This document shows, one piece after another, positions 16,093-35,275 of a DNA stretch of 64,000 bases (positions are counted from its first letter, which is position 1; each line of letters opens with the position of its first letter). Under the pieces are notes generated by a model. That model saw nothing but the letters and a program-made list of their open reading frames with translations, did not search any database and was not told where the DNA came from. This stretch comes from the human T2T-CHM13v2.0 reference genome, Homo sapiens, in assembly GCF_009914755.1 (NCBI RefSeq), contig NC_060925.1; one strand, 5' to 3'. The position numbers were made by a program, and so were the translations under genes.

Positions 16093-17699
16093 TAAGTGTT
16101 ACTGTTTTTACATAATGAAGTATATAGTATAAGATAAAGTGTCATGATGTCTGCACCTTTCTTTTAAATGGTTCTGAAAAAGAGAAGGCAAAGAAATGCG
16201 GCAAACCAGTTCAATTGTTAAATCTAGTTGGAAGGAAGGGTATAAAACTAAAAAAAAATTTTGTATTGAAATGTTTGAAGAAATGAGATACAGAAAGGAT
16301 TGTGATTGGGAGTGAGACATATTGTTTTAAATATTGAAGCATATGGTAGATTTCCTTTCAATAAAGAAATTCAAAGATTGATATCTTCAAATGATTTGTA
16401 AAATACAAGATTGAGCCATATGTTAAAATTGATTTAGCAGCAGTTTAACTGTAGTTATAATTATTGAATAAAATAGCTTACCGCATAGAAATAATAGCTA
16501 TGATTTTTAGAGTGCCTGCTATGTGTTGGGCACTGTATTTGTGCTTTCATATCTCATGTAATCCATGAAACAGGTGAGAGATTACACATACCCAAGACCA
16601 TGTAGTTACAATTGTGGAGGCAGAATTTGAGCCCAGGTGAGGTGACGTTAAAATGTTTTTGATTGGAGAGTGATGACCCTTCAGTTGCTAAGTGCATGGT
16701 TTAATTAAACATCCGTAATATACAAGCCCTTGTGCTTAGTGCTGTAGGGAATACAAAGGCTAACAAGACATGATATTTGTTCACAAATTGCTGACAGTGT
16801 AATAAAGGAGATATCAGAGACAATAGTAAGTACTATTAAACATTTACTCCGTGTTTGGCCTTGTGGTGAGTCTTATCTGCATTTCTAGTATTTCTTTAAT
16901 TTGTTCATCCATGTGAGATGGGTATAACCTTTTTACAGATGAAGAAACTTGAGTCTCAGAGAGGTCAGTTAATTTGTCCAAGGGTCTCACAGCTGTGTGT
17001 CAGAATCAGGTTTCAACATCAGATCAGTGATTCTAAAACCTGAAATGTTAACGTTTGTACACTATAATCCCTTATCACTGTTCTTCGAGAAAACTAAATG
17101 TGGGGAAAGAAGTAAAATGCTGTGGGAATTTGCAAGGCGATAGGTTGTGTAGGTAATATGCCTGTTATCAGGTATGTTGCTTCCTGTTGGATTTGCAGAA
17201 TTGCTTACAACCTCATATGGCAGGTAAATAGAGCAGAATCTGATGTTAGGCAGGCAGAATAGGATATAGGGGAGACGTGACAGGAAATAATAGGCATGAT
17301 TTAGATTGGAGATAATTAGAAAAGAATTACTAGGACATAATAACTAAGTTGATTTCCTTGAGGAAAGGAAGTATCAAGGAAAGATAATTCCAAAATTTTA
17401 TTGTTGTATAATTGAGAGAATATCATTGCTGAAAATAGAAGTAGGGAATAAGGAGCTATGTGAGTGAAGGGTATGACCGTGAGTTCATCTTGTGGAATTT
17501 AGTAACTGTGGGACTAAAATGGAAAAGTCCAAGTGATTGTGACCTGTTTTCCCTCCATGCTTTTTGACCTTGACTACATATTAGAGTATCTATGGAATTT
17601 AAAACCAAAAAACATACATCCCAAGGTCCAGACTCCACTTGCTAAATCATAATCTCCAGAGTTGGAGCTCTGGAATCCAGAACTTTTTGAAGTGCCTTA

Positions 17700-18200
17700 G
17701 GAAATGGGCACTTACATATTGCTGATGGGAATATAAATTGGTACAATTTTTGGAGAGCAGTTTGGCAGTATGAGTCAGTATTACAAATGAACAGAGCCTT
17801 TAATTTAGCAATTCCGCATCTAGGAATTTGTTGTGTAGATTTATTCACATGTTTCAGATTACCTGTATATAGGGTTGTAAGTTGCAGCATTATTGATGAT
17901 TGACAGAGATTGGAAACAGCCTGCAAGTGTATCAGTAGGGGATTGGTTAAATAAATTATAGCACATCCATACCACATAATGCTATTCAGTTGTTAAAAAT
18001 AAGAAGATAGCTCTAACTGCACAGATGATAGAATAACCTGTATCATATATTAAGTGGCAAAAGAAAATGTCTTCCATACTCATAGAATATTTCTGGAAGG
18101 ATAAACAAGAAATTGGAAACTTGTTGTTTCTCAGGGTGGGAAACCAGAGCACTGGGGTCAGGGTAGGAGGGAGAAAAACTTTAACTGTATAGCTTTTTCT
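17700..18200 (+). mobile_element. Old L1 (L1M-type) 3' region
   Basis: attgctgatgggaatataaattggtacaa...agcaattccgcatctaggaatt...tggaaacagcc...aggggattggttaaataaattat resembles the L1 ORF2 C-terminus/3'UTR. Confidence 0.75.
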
Positions 18201-18300
18201 GTCCTTTTGAAATCTGTGATTATATATATATATATGTTTTTCTTTATATTATTTTAAAGGATAATGTTACGATTGATTCTCATATGTAGTTAAAATTGGG

Positions 18301-18333
18301 CCAGTGGTTTATCCTTAGTATAAACCATTGCTA

Positions 18334-18403
<70 letters not shown>

Positions 18404-18553
18404 GTTTATCCTTAGTATAAACCATTGCTACTCTACACACACACACCCCAGTGGTTTATCCTTAGTATAAACCATTGCTACTCTACACACACAAACACAC
18501 ACACCCCCCCCACACCTCACACACACACACCCCCCCCCCCCCCCCCCCCCCCC
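18301..18553 (+). repeat. Compound VNTR: 3 x [tggtttatccttagtataaaccattgctactcta + (CA)n], ending in a C24 run
   Basis: Identical core at ~18305, ~18402 and ~18452; (CA)31 at 18339-18400; poly-C at 18530-18553. Confidence 0.95.
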
Positions 18554-18554
18554 G

Positions 18555-18670
18555 CAACCTGGGAGCTTGTGAGAAAAGCAAAATTTCAGGTCCCAGACCT
18601 AATAAATCAGAATCTGCATTTTAATAAGCTCCCTAGGTGATCTAGGCACTTTCAAGTCTGAGAGATACTG
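18555..18670 (+). mobile_element. MER5A (hAT-Charlie) remnant hosting the VNTR
   Basis: cctgggagcttgtgagaaa...cccagacct...aatcagaatctgcattttaataagctccctaggtgat; the left end cagtggtt is at ~18302. Confidence 0.75.
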
Positions 18671-18810
18671 TTTTAGATTAACCACCTAAAGCAGTTTGTT
18701 TACTCACCACTTGGCTTGACATGCAATATTCTCACCTCTATTCTTTAAGTAATACTATGTAGTGATGTCACATACTTGTTGGATATTTACTATTCAAAAA
18801 TTGAGGGCTC

Positions 18811-19124
<314 letters not shown>

Positions 19125-19215
19125 ATCCAGAGCACTGTACAGTCAATGCCAAGTGCCTAATATTCAGTACAGCTCAGAAGTACTGAGCTTCAGTACTTCT
19201 GAAGCTTTCAGAGTA

Positions 19216-19441
19216 GCATTTTCCAAAGTGTGTACTGAACCAGGAACACATGTTTTACAGGTTACTAATATGTATAAAAGGGTTCTCTGGTCAAATCAGT
19301 TTAGGAAACATTGGGTTTTTAAATAAAAGTGAACAGTTTTCTTTATTGCAGGACTGTTCAGAGATTTGACCAAGGAATCCTTTTTTTTTCTAGGACTATC
19401 TCTCAGGTCTTTTGGTCGGTGGAACACACTTTGAGAAATGC
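19216..19441. mobile_element. hAT-Charlie-type MITE (subfamily uncertain)
   Basis: Inverted ends gcattttccaaagtgtgt ... acacactttgagaaatgc. Confidence 0.6.
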
Positions 19442-19877
19442 CTGGTTTAGAGGAAAGAGCACCACTGGCTTTGGAATCCTTGGCAAGTTACCTAACTTCT
19501 GTGAATATTAATTTTCCTAACCTTAGACTGGGGATAATAATACTTGCCTTGGTGGTGGTGTGAAGAATAAATGAGAGGTATATAAAAATATGCAGCTTAA
19601 AACTTGATGTCTCGTAAGCATTCAGTTGATAGTTGTTAATATTACATAGGTTACTTGCTTCATTTCTTGCATTTATGCTTATAGTTCATTTCACTATTTC
19701 TTAATTTTCCTCTCATCTCTATTAGATGAATATTGAGACCAGAGTAAACTTCTCATTTATATAAACTAAATTTTTATTAACTAAAAATCAAATAAAAAGA
19801 TCTCAAACTTTCATCTTAGCAAGTCTGACATGTTATGTGGTATGTTGTCAAACTGTTTTATTTTTCATTTTTTCTAG

Positions 19878-20080
19878 TCAATAAATTGATTGCACAAGAA
19901 GGACCTTCCTTTCTGCAAATGCGAATAAAACATTTGTTGAAATCTAACTGCATCCCCCAGGCTACTGCTTTATCAAAACTATGTGCAGAATCTAAAGAAA
20001 TTTCAAATGTGTCATCTTTTCAGCAAGCCTATATCACATGTTTATGTTCTATGCTCCCTAATGAAGATGCTATTAAGGAG
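19878..20080 (+). CDS. RLF: RLF coding exon 5 (203 nt; VNKLIAQEGPSFLQMRIKHLL...MLPNEDAIKE)
   Basis: catttttttctag|TC ... GAG|gtgagt; phase 1 to 0; contained in ORF 19835..20092. Confidence 0.95.
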
Positions 20081-20572
20081 GTGAGTAAATAATTGTTGTC
20101 ATTCAAACTTGGTATTAATTTAATAGATTTATATATATATTGCATGGTTTATTTTTTCCCTTTAGAATGAAAACCAAGATTCATTTTTTTCAGGCTACCA
20201 AAATGTATGATTTTAATTGTATATTTAACTGCTCGACAGATAGAATGTAATATTTTAGAGTGAATTTGAAAAGTAGATAACTAAAGAATATACAGAGGCA
20301 TGTTTACTTATTTGGGTGATGATTTGCTGTGAAATCTTTAAATGTGAAAGTTGTTTTTTCTTTTTAAAGTAATGACGTCTCCATGTTTGGGGAATGCAGA
20401 AGTTGTTAATCATGGCATCAAGGGATAAACTAAAGAAAATGGCACTTAATTTTAGCTTAAGTTACTTTATATATTTAATTTTGTAAGCAGAAAAGTATAG
20501 GACTCTAGATTCCATGACTACATCCTGAACAATTAAGTGGCCAAACTGGATATCATGGAAAATAAGGGTTGA

Positions 20573-21068
<496 letters not shown>

Positions 21069-21499
21069 TTATTATGTTTCTTAAATTTGGAGTTAGACTT
21101 CTCTAATGGTTTTTGACATTATACAGAAAAAAACTAGAGATTCTTAAGCTTTATTTCATCATCTACCTTTAATCCTCTTATCTGCCATTCAATTCTGACA
21201 TATGGATTCTTACTCTGAACTGAAATTTTTTATTAGATGTAGTAGTCCCAAGGATCTGGTTTTATGCTGTAGTAATTCTGAAACTTTTACTTGTAATATC
21301 TTACTCTCCAAATACAATTGTCTATCTTTCTACCTTACTCCCTTTAATATACAGTCTCCACCAGGATCAATCAAGATCTATTGATCTTGTCACCTTTTCA
21401 TTTTCCCTTATCCCCCTTATGTATTCACTTCCCTATTTAACTCTGCTTTGTCATTGTCAGATCATCATTATCACTCTCAAAGAGCGAGAGGTCCTCTCT

Positions 21500-23256
<1,757 letters not shown>

Positions 23257-23299
23257 CATTTTTCTTCTTTCAAGACATTCTAATATGACCTTTGCCCCT

Positions 23300-24692
23300 G
23301 GCAGTATACCATATCACTAAATCTAATGATGACTTTCAGTTTTCTGTCTACCTCATTGATTACTCCTTTCTCAGTTCTACTTTGCTGTCTGATGAGTACA
23401 TGTTGCAGTACCCAATGACTCTGTCATTGGGTCTTCTCTTTTTACACTTAACTAGGCTTATTTCCTTCATCTTTGGCTTTAAATACCAACTATGGTCTGA
23501 CTCCCAAAAGTTTTCTCTCCAGCCCTGTTCCCTCCTCCAAACTCCAGACCCATATCCAATTGCCTAATTACCATCTCTACTTACAGATTTAACATGTCCG
23601 TAACTAAGCTCTTGATATTCCTGATATTTGGACTTTGCTTTTATGAGGGTTTTTTTTAGTCCTCACTATGTGTTTGGCACCATGCTAAATGCTTTATATA
23701 CTTTGCTACATTTAATCAGCACAATAGCTCTGAGGTAGCTCCATTTTATTGATGAGGAAAGTCAGGCTCAGATTAGGTTGTGTGCTTCAAGGTTACAAAG
23801 CTAAAGTGGTTAAGCTGGGATTCAAACCTGAGTTTGGTGTACTACCAGTAATATTATATTAAAGACATAGGATAAGGAATATTATCCTTGTTGGTATTTA
23901 CCTTAGAGTTTATATGCCAAATGCTGTGTTAGGCATTGGGGTTCAAAGATGAATGCAGAAGTCTCTGGACTGGCATACTTGGTTTTACTGTTGGCCTCTA
24001 CATTTTATCTTGAAAATAGCCAGAATAATCTCTCTAAAACTTGTCGTGCCATGCCACTTCTCTGCACACAATTATCTAATAGCTTTCCATCTTACTCAGA
24101 ATACATTCAGAATTCTTTATTCTATGTGCCATGGGCCCTGGCTACTTTTCTAACGTTCTCTCACCTTATCTTGTAATCTTAGTGCCCACTACTCTCCAGC
24201 CGCCTTGTCTTTGCTGTTCTTTGAACAAGCCAAGGATGTTCCTGTCTTAGAGCTTTGTGCTTGCTATTCCCTCTGACGAGAATTGCCTTCCACAAGATAA
24301 TTTGAATGGCTTACTCCCTTACCTCATGTCTGCTCTAAATGTTCTCATGTCTGTTCAATATTACCATATCAGAGAGGCCTTCCTCGCTGTCTCATCTAAA
24401 ATATTACCCTAGCCCCCTACTCTGCCCTAAATATCTGCTGTCATTATTATAAATATATACTAACCCATTTAAAATGACCCCTATCACTTTGTCTTTCTGC
24501 CTATTTGTATTTTCTTCATAGTACACATTACTGCTTCTACTAGGCATCATATTTGATTATTCGGTATTTCCTCCCACTAGATTGTAAACTCCGGAAGGAC
24601 AGGAACATAGGTTGTTTACTGGTATATCCCTGTATTCTAGAAGAATGCTTAGCCATGTAGGCACTCAATACTTATTGAATGAATTAATGAAA
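23300..24692 (+). mobile_element. Fragmented L2 with an intervening MIR (~23660-23840)
   Basis: ggctttaaatacca...ctcccaaa...ctccagacccatatccaattgcct; the L2 3' end aggcactcaata...tgaatgaattaatgaa is at ~24660-24692. Confidence 0.7.
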
Positions 24693-25084
24693 GGTATAGC
24701 CTCATCCCTTGATCTTTTGTTACTAGGATTTCTAGCTTTATTACCTGAGTTATGACCAGAATGTCAAAGCTGGAACATTCCACTCATGCTTTCTAAGTTT
24801 TTAAACTTTGCTTGGAGGTCTTTTTGAATTTTAAAATTGTGATTTTATATTTCTCTCTCTCAGCTTTATTTTATTTTGAAATATAGTTATGCTATCTGTA
24901 TATTTATAAAAATAAGAACCAAGATGAAACCAAGTACAGTGTTGTGATTCAGATTTCTGTATAGGTTGATTGCATCCTGGATCAGTGCTTGGGTCAATAG
25001 TTATTTCAAATGGCTAAGACCCCCTGCTATGGCCCAGATCATATCTCCCACTGTGAGAATCTTTTATCAGATTTTTTTGTTGAA

Positions 25085-27360
<2,276 letters not shown>

Positions 27361-28452
27361 GCGATCATAAGAGACCAACTATAAACCTGTATGCTAATTT
27401 ATTTATTTGCAGTATCAGGTAGTGTAAGGAGATAGATTGCTTACCTCTAATAGCAGCTGCAGTATTTTATGTTTGGGAAAGTTAATCAGACTGAGATGTA
27501 GTAATGGTTATTCTCAGCACCTGACACATGCCAAAACAATTCAAAAGCAGCAGCAAAACACTACATTTTGGGTTTGATTCCTCATCCTGTAATAATAACA
27601 ACTTTACTCTCTCAGCCTTTGCTTAATTAAAACCCGTTTTGTTTCTAATGTTGTATTAGGCATTGGCAAATACAGCAAACTGTATGGCCCAGTTTGTTTG
27701 CCAAAAATAGTTACAGAAAGAGAAGTACTAAGCTCAATGATTACTGCCCTAAATTCAGTAGAAGTGTAAAGATAGAGAATTCTGTGTTTATAGAAAAATT
27801 GATCCTTGAATTGGAGCTTTAAGTAATGGTGGGGTTTGGATGGGTGGAAAGAATGGTTTGGAGATGACTGAATGGTAGTAAAGCACAGGTACTAATGAGT
27901 ACTTTGCAGGGATCCACTGGAGAATAAATACCCTGCTTAGGGCAGAGTGGTTATTGAAGTCTTGTGAGAAATAAGACCTGTTGGGGTTGGAAAAGAAGGG
28001 CTTGGAAACTCCATTGCATTAATGGTTAGATTTGATGCAGTAGAAATTAAGAAGGCTTTGCAGTTAGGAAGTGACATGTCTGAAGTGGTGTTTTAGGAAG
28101 ACTAGACAGAAAGAATATGTATTATGTTTAGGACAAGAGATTGTAGCCAGCAAGAGGACAAAGGACAGGACTTGCTGACCGGGCAAAAACAGAGGAGGAT
28201 GTACAGAGATACCTTCAAGAGGCTCATAAGGCTTCTAGCTTGGGAGACTGGAAGAATAGTGGTGCTCTGCTGCTAATTAGAAGAAAGAATGGGTGGAGGG
28301 ACAAGGGAGAGTCTGGGAAGATGATAAGCTTTGTTTTATACATGATCTTTCCTGGTTTATTAATAACAATGTTTGGAAACAGGATTTTTCCTGATTGTGT
28401 TGAGTTTGCAGGGAACTGTGTTATAGGAAATACGATTTGATACTATTCACAA

Positions 28453-28652
28453 CAGGGGGTTGGCACCCACCCAGCTACCTGTTTTTATAAATAAAGCTTT
28501 ACTGGCACAAAGTCTTACATTCATTTCTTGTCTGTGGCTGCTTTTGTGCTACAGTGGCAGAGGTGAGTAGTTGTAACAGAAACTCTCTGGCCAGAAAAGC
28601 TAAAAATATTTTCTGTCTGTCCTTGTACGAAAAATATTTGCTAACCTCTGCT
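28453..28652. mobile_element. MER58A-like hAT-Charlie MITE
   Basis: cagggggttggca ... cctgtttttataaataaagctttactgg ... ggctgcttttgtgctacagtggcagag ... tttgctaacctctg. Confidence 0.8.
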
Positions 28653-29079
28653 CTACAAGAATTAAATTTTCCAGTCTATTTCAGTGGTTTAATATCGGTT
28701 GGTCTAACCCTCCGTGTTCTACACGTGATGAAACTGAAGCCAAGCTGATAATGTTTCCAAGGCCCTTCCTGCATTAAGCTAATTAGAAAGGCCAAGCCCA
28801 GCTGGAATGCAGGTCACCTGGCTCCTTGGTCAGCCTTCTTTCCACTCTACCACCTATTTCCATGTGTTAGACATTGATAAGCCATGGTCTGATTGGGAAC
28901 ATCTTGGTGATATATCATTCTGTTCATATTTATACATATAGGTGTGATTTAAAACATTTTTATCATGATGTGGATTAATTTGTTAAATATACCAATGCAA
29001 AACATTTAGTACACATAAAGTTATCTTAAAATTATTTTAAAGGAACCCTAGTATCATCGTATCATCATAACTAGTCAGT

Positions 29080-29394
<315 letters not shown>

Positions 29395-31899
29395 ACTAGT
29401 CAGTCTCTTATCCTAGTGATACTTTTCTTTTGCAAGTGTCAACAGAATTAAAAATAATCTGTAGTTTGCTTTGGAAAATTACTAGTGAGTCACCAGATGT
29501 TGATTAATTAGAGTTTAAATTCAGCATACGTTCTAAAGTAGCAGAGTTACACACATATTTGCCATCTACTTCACCTGAGTTCAGGAGAAGAGTTAACTTG
29601 AGCAACAGCTGGGAATAAAAGTACATTGTATGTTGGTACCTGGGGGTATCCCAATAATAGGCATATGTAATGGGAAACCGCTGCTGGGGAAGATTTAGCC
29701 AGACACATACAATTAAGATTAATTGACTGGGTCATCTGAAAGTCAAAATTCAGAACCTAGTGGGTAAAGAGTGAGTCCTTTCAGATATCTGGTAGGTCTG
29801 GAAGGCAGAAGAATTTCATGGAATCCTGGAGTTTTAGGTTGTGATACTTTATTTATGTAGAATTGAATGAGATGACATTGCTATTAACTTTACATATTAA
29901 AGGATTTTAATAAAAGTTATAGACTTGGCAGTGGCTCAGTGTCCCAAGTGGATGTTTCCTATATTTTTTCATTACTGAAAGGGGAAGTCTTTGCAAAGAT
30001 CAGGTTTTCAACATAGAAAAGATAACATTTTAAACATCAAGCACTTCTATTTTAAAGAGCTCAAGAAATCTGTCAGCAGAGTTCTTGGCGCAGTTAAGGC
30101 AGGGGTCCGTTTCATTCTTAATCCCTGAATGAACTACATCTTCGGTATCTGACGTGGTTGATAGACACAATAGCAGATGGTTGTTTCTTTTCCTGATGGG
30201 GAAAGGAAAGGACAAACAGGATCCAATTTACTTACCAGCCTAACACTGTTGGGAATTGACACAGTCACTAGGTATAAATGATAGAGCAGATACCTTTAAA
30301 CAGGACCCAGTGGGAATTCAGTTTGGGAGTAGAAGAAAAAGTAAACAGGAGTATAGAAATTCCAGATGTAGTTTAAGTAAGAATCAAGATTAAGATGAAC
30401 TCTGAACAAGGAATAATTACAAAAGGTTTAATTAAGTTTAAAATATGCCACCTCCACCACCTTCTTTTATGCTAATTGGCTGCCTGTTAGACCATTGGTG
30501 TTTAATTGCCTGATTATTTTGAAAGTCTTAATACTTCTACTTTATCCTTGTGATCATACAAGGAATGAGATAATACACTCAGAATACACTAATGACAGAA
30601 AGTCTGTGTAAAGAAATTGAGGATTTGCTTGTTTAGGTATTTTATCTCCTAAAGCACAGTTCTTTCAAATAGCTTTGAAGAGACGTCTTCCCAGAACTTT
30701 GTATGCATCTGGATCTCACTTCTGATCTTACTTTCATGGGTTATGTGTGGGTATTTTGGTTGGTGTATGATTGCACTGGAGGGGGTCATTATGAAGAGTC
30801 GATCAGACATATTGTCAAGAATTCAGCAGGACGTTTCAGCCTTCTTTCAGATACACACTGTGATAGGGTTTAAATGGAAGCATTGGTGACCATTTATTTC
30901 TTTAAGAAATATACAAGGTCCGTGCAGCATCATAGTACTGGTCTGTAGCATTACTGCAGTTTAAAAGGAGTCTCATGTTTTTAAAACTGGTCAGTATTCT
31001 TTTTTCCCAGGTAATGTCTTTGAAGCTAACAGATGATTTTCCCAAAGATATCTAGGGTTACTTGAAATGTAAGTTTGCTAACTGTAACTCCCACCTTTCT
31101 TCTACTCAAGGATGCAAGTGAATGAAGTATTATTATATGAATAAGCTTAAATCTACTTTGATTCCTTTTTGAAAAAATAAAACATTTATCAACTTTGATT
31201 TTTAAAATCTATTACTAGGAACAAATTGTTTTCAGTATACCTCAGAACTAATCAGGGAAATACTGCATTGAAAACCACTATTCTAGAGAAAGGTAATGAT
31301 AAAATATTAATGGCACTGGCCGGAATACTAGTTTACATTGATAGCCTAAGCAGGAAAATAACTTAGGAACGTAAGTATGCTGCCTGTACCCACCTTCTGT
31401 TATGCCAGTTGGCTGCCTCTTATGCCTGTTATTACTGTTGTTTAATTGCCTGATTATTTTGAAACCTTTCTAACTGTATCTAATCTTGCCTTTTCCTAAT
31501 TTGTTTTCTGCAGTGGCCAAGGTGATCCTTTTTCTTTTTTAAGTAAAATTAGATATTTTATTTTGAGGTAATTTTAGATTCACATGTAATTACAAGAAAT
31601 AATGCAGAAATGCCTTCCATTTATTCAGTATACATTCATTGGAGGTGTCTGCTGGGCAATGGGGTTACAAGAATGAACAAGACAAAAGGGAGAGAAACAA
31701 CAGACAGTGTTCATACAATGTGAGATTTAGAGGTCTGAGCTGGAAATTAAGAGTTCTAATCACCATTTGAAACCAGAGAGTGAATAAGATTAACTTTTTT
31801 AGAACTCTGAAAAATAAAGGCTTTACAGCAATCTGAGGAGGTTTTACTCAAGAAAAAGAAATAAATCTCATAAGAATATCACCTTTGACCTCAGCTGGT

Positions 31900-32061
31900 A
31901 ATATGCCTGTCAGGTGGCTCAAATTTTTTTGTCACACTGCGCATGTTTGTGAAGTGATCACAGAAGTGCTCTGATTATTGATTTGGGGGTTTTACAAATA
32001 AATTTTAGCAAGTAGGCTAATACACAAATACAGAATCTGCAAATAGTGAGGCCCAACTATA
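31900..32061 (-). mobile_element. MER2-like Tigger fragment
   Basis: attgatttgggggttttacaaataaattttagcaagtaggc...aaatacagaatctgcaaatagtgagg. Confidence 0.65.

Positions 32062-35275
<3,214 letters not shown>

Noticed and set aside
18301-18500. Identical ~33-bp palindromic repeats with spacers, superficially CRISPR-like
   Set aside because: The spacers are CA microsatellite, the context is a primate intron and there are no cas genes; it is a VNTR.
30030-30215. 61-aa minus-strand ORF in the repeat-free island
   Set aside because: Short, non-ATG start, no recognisable homology.
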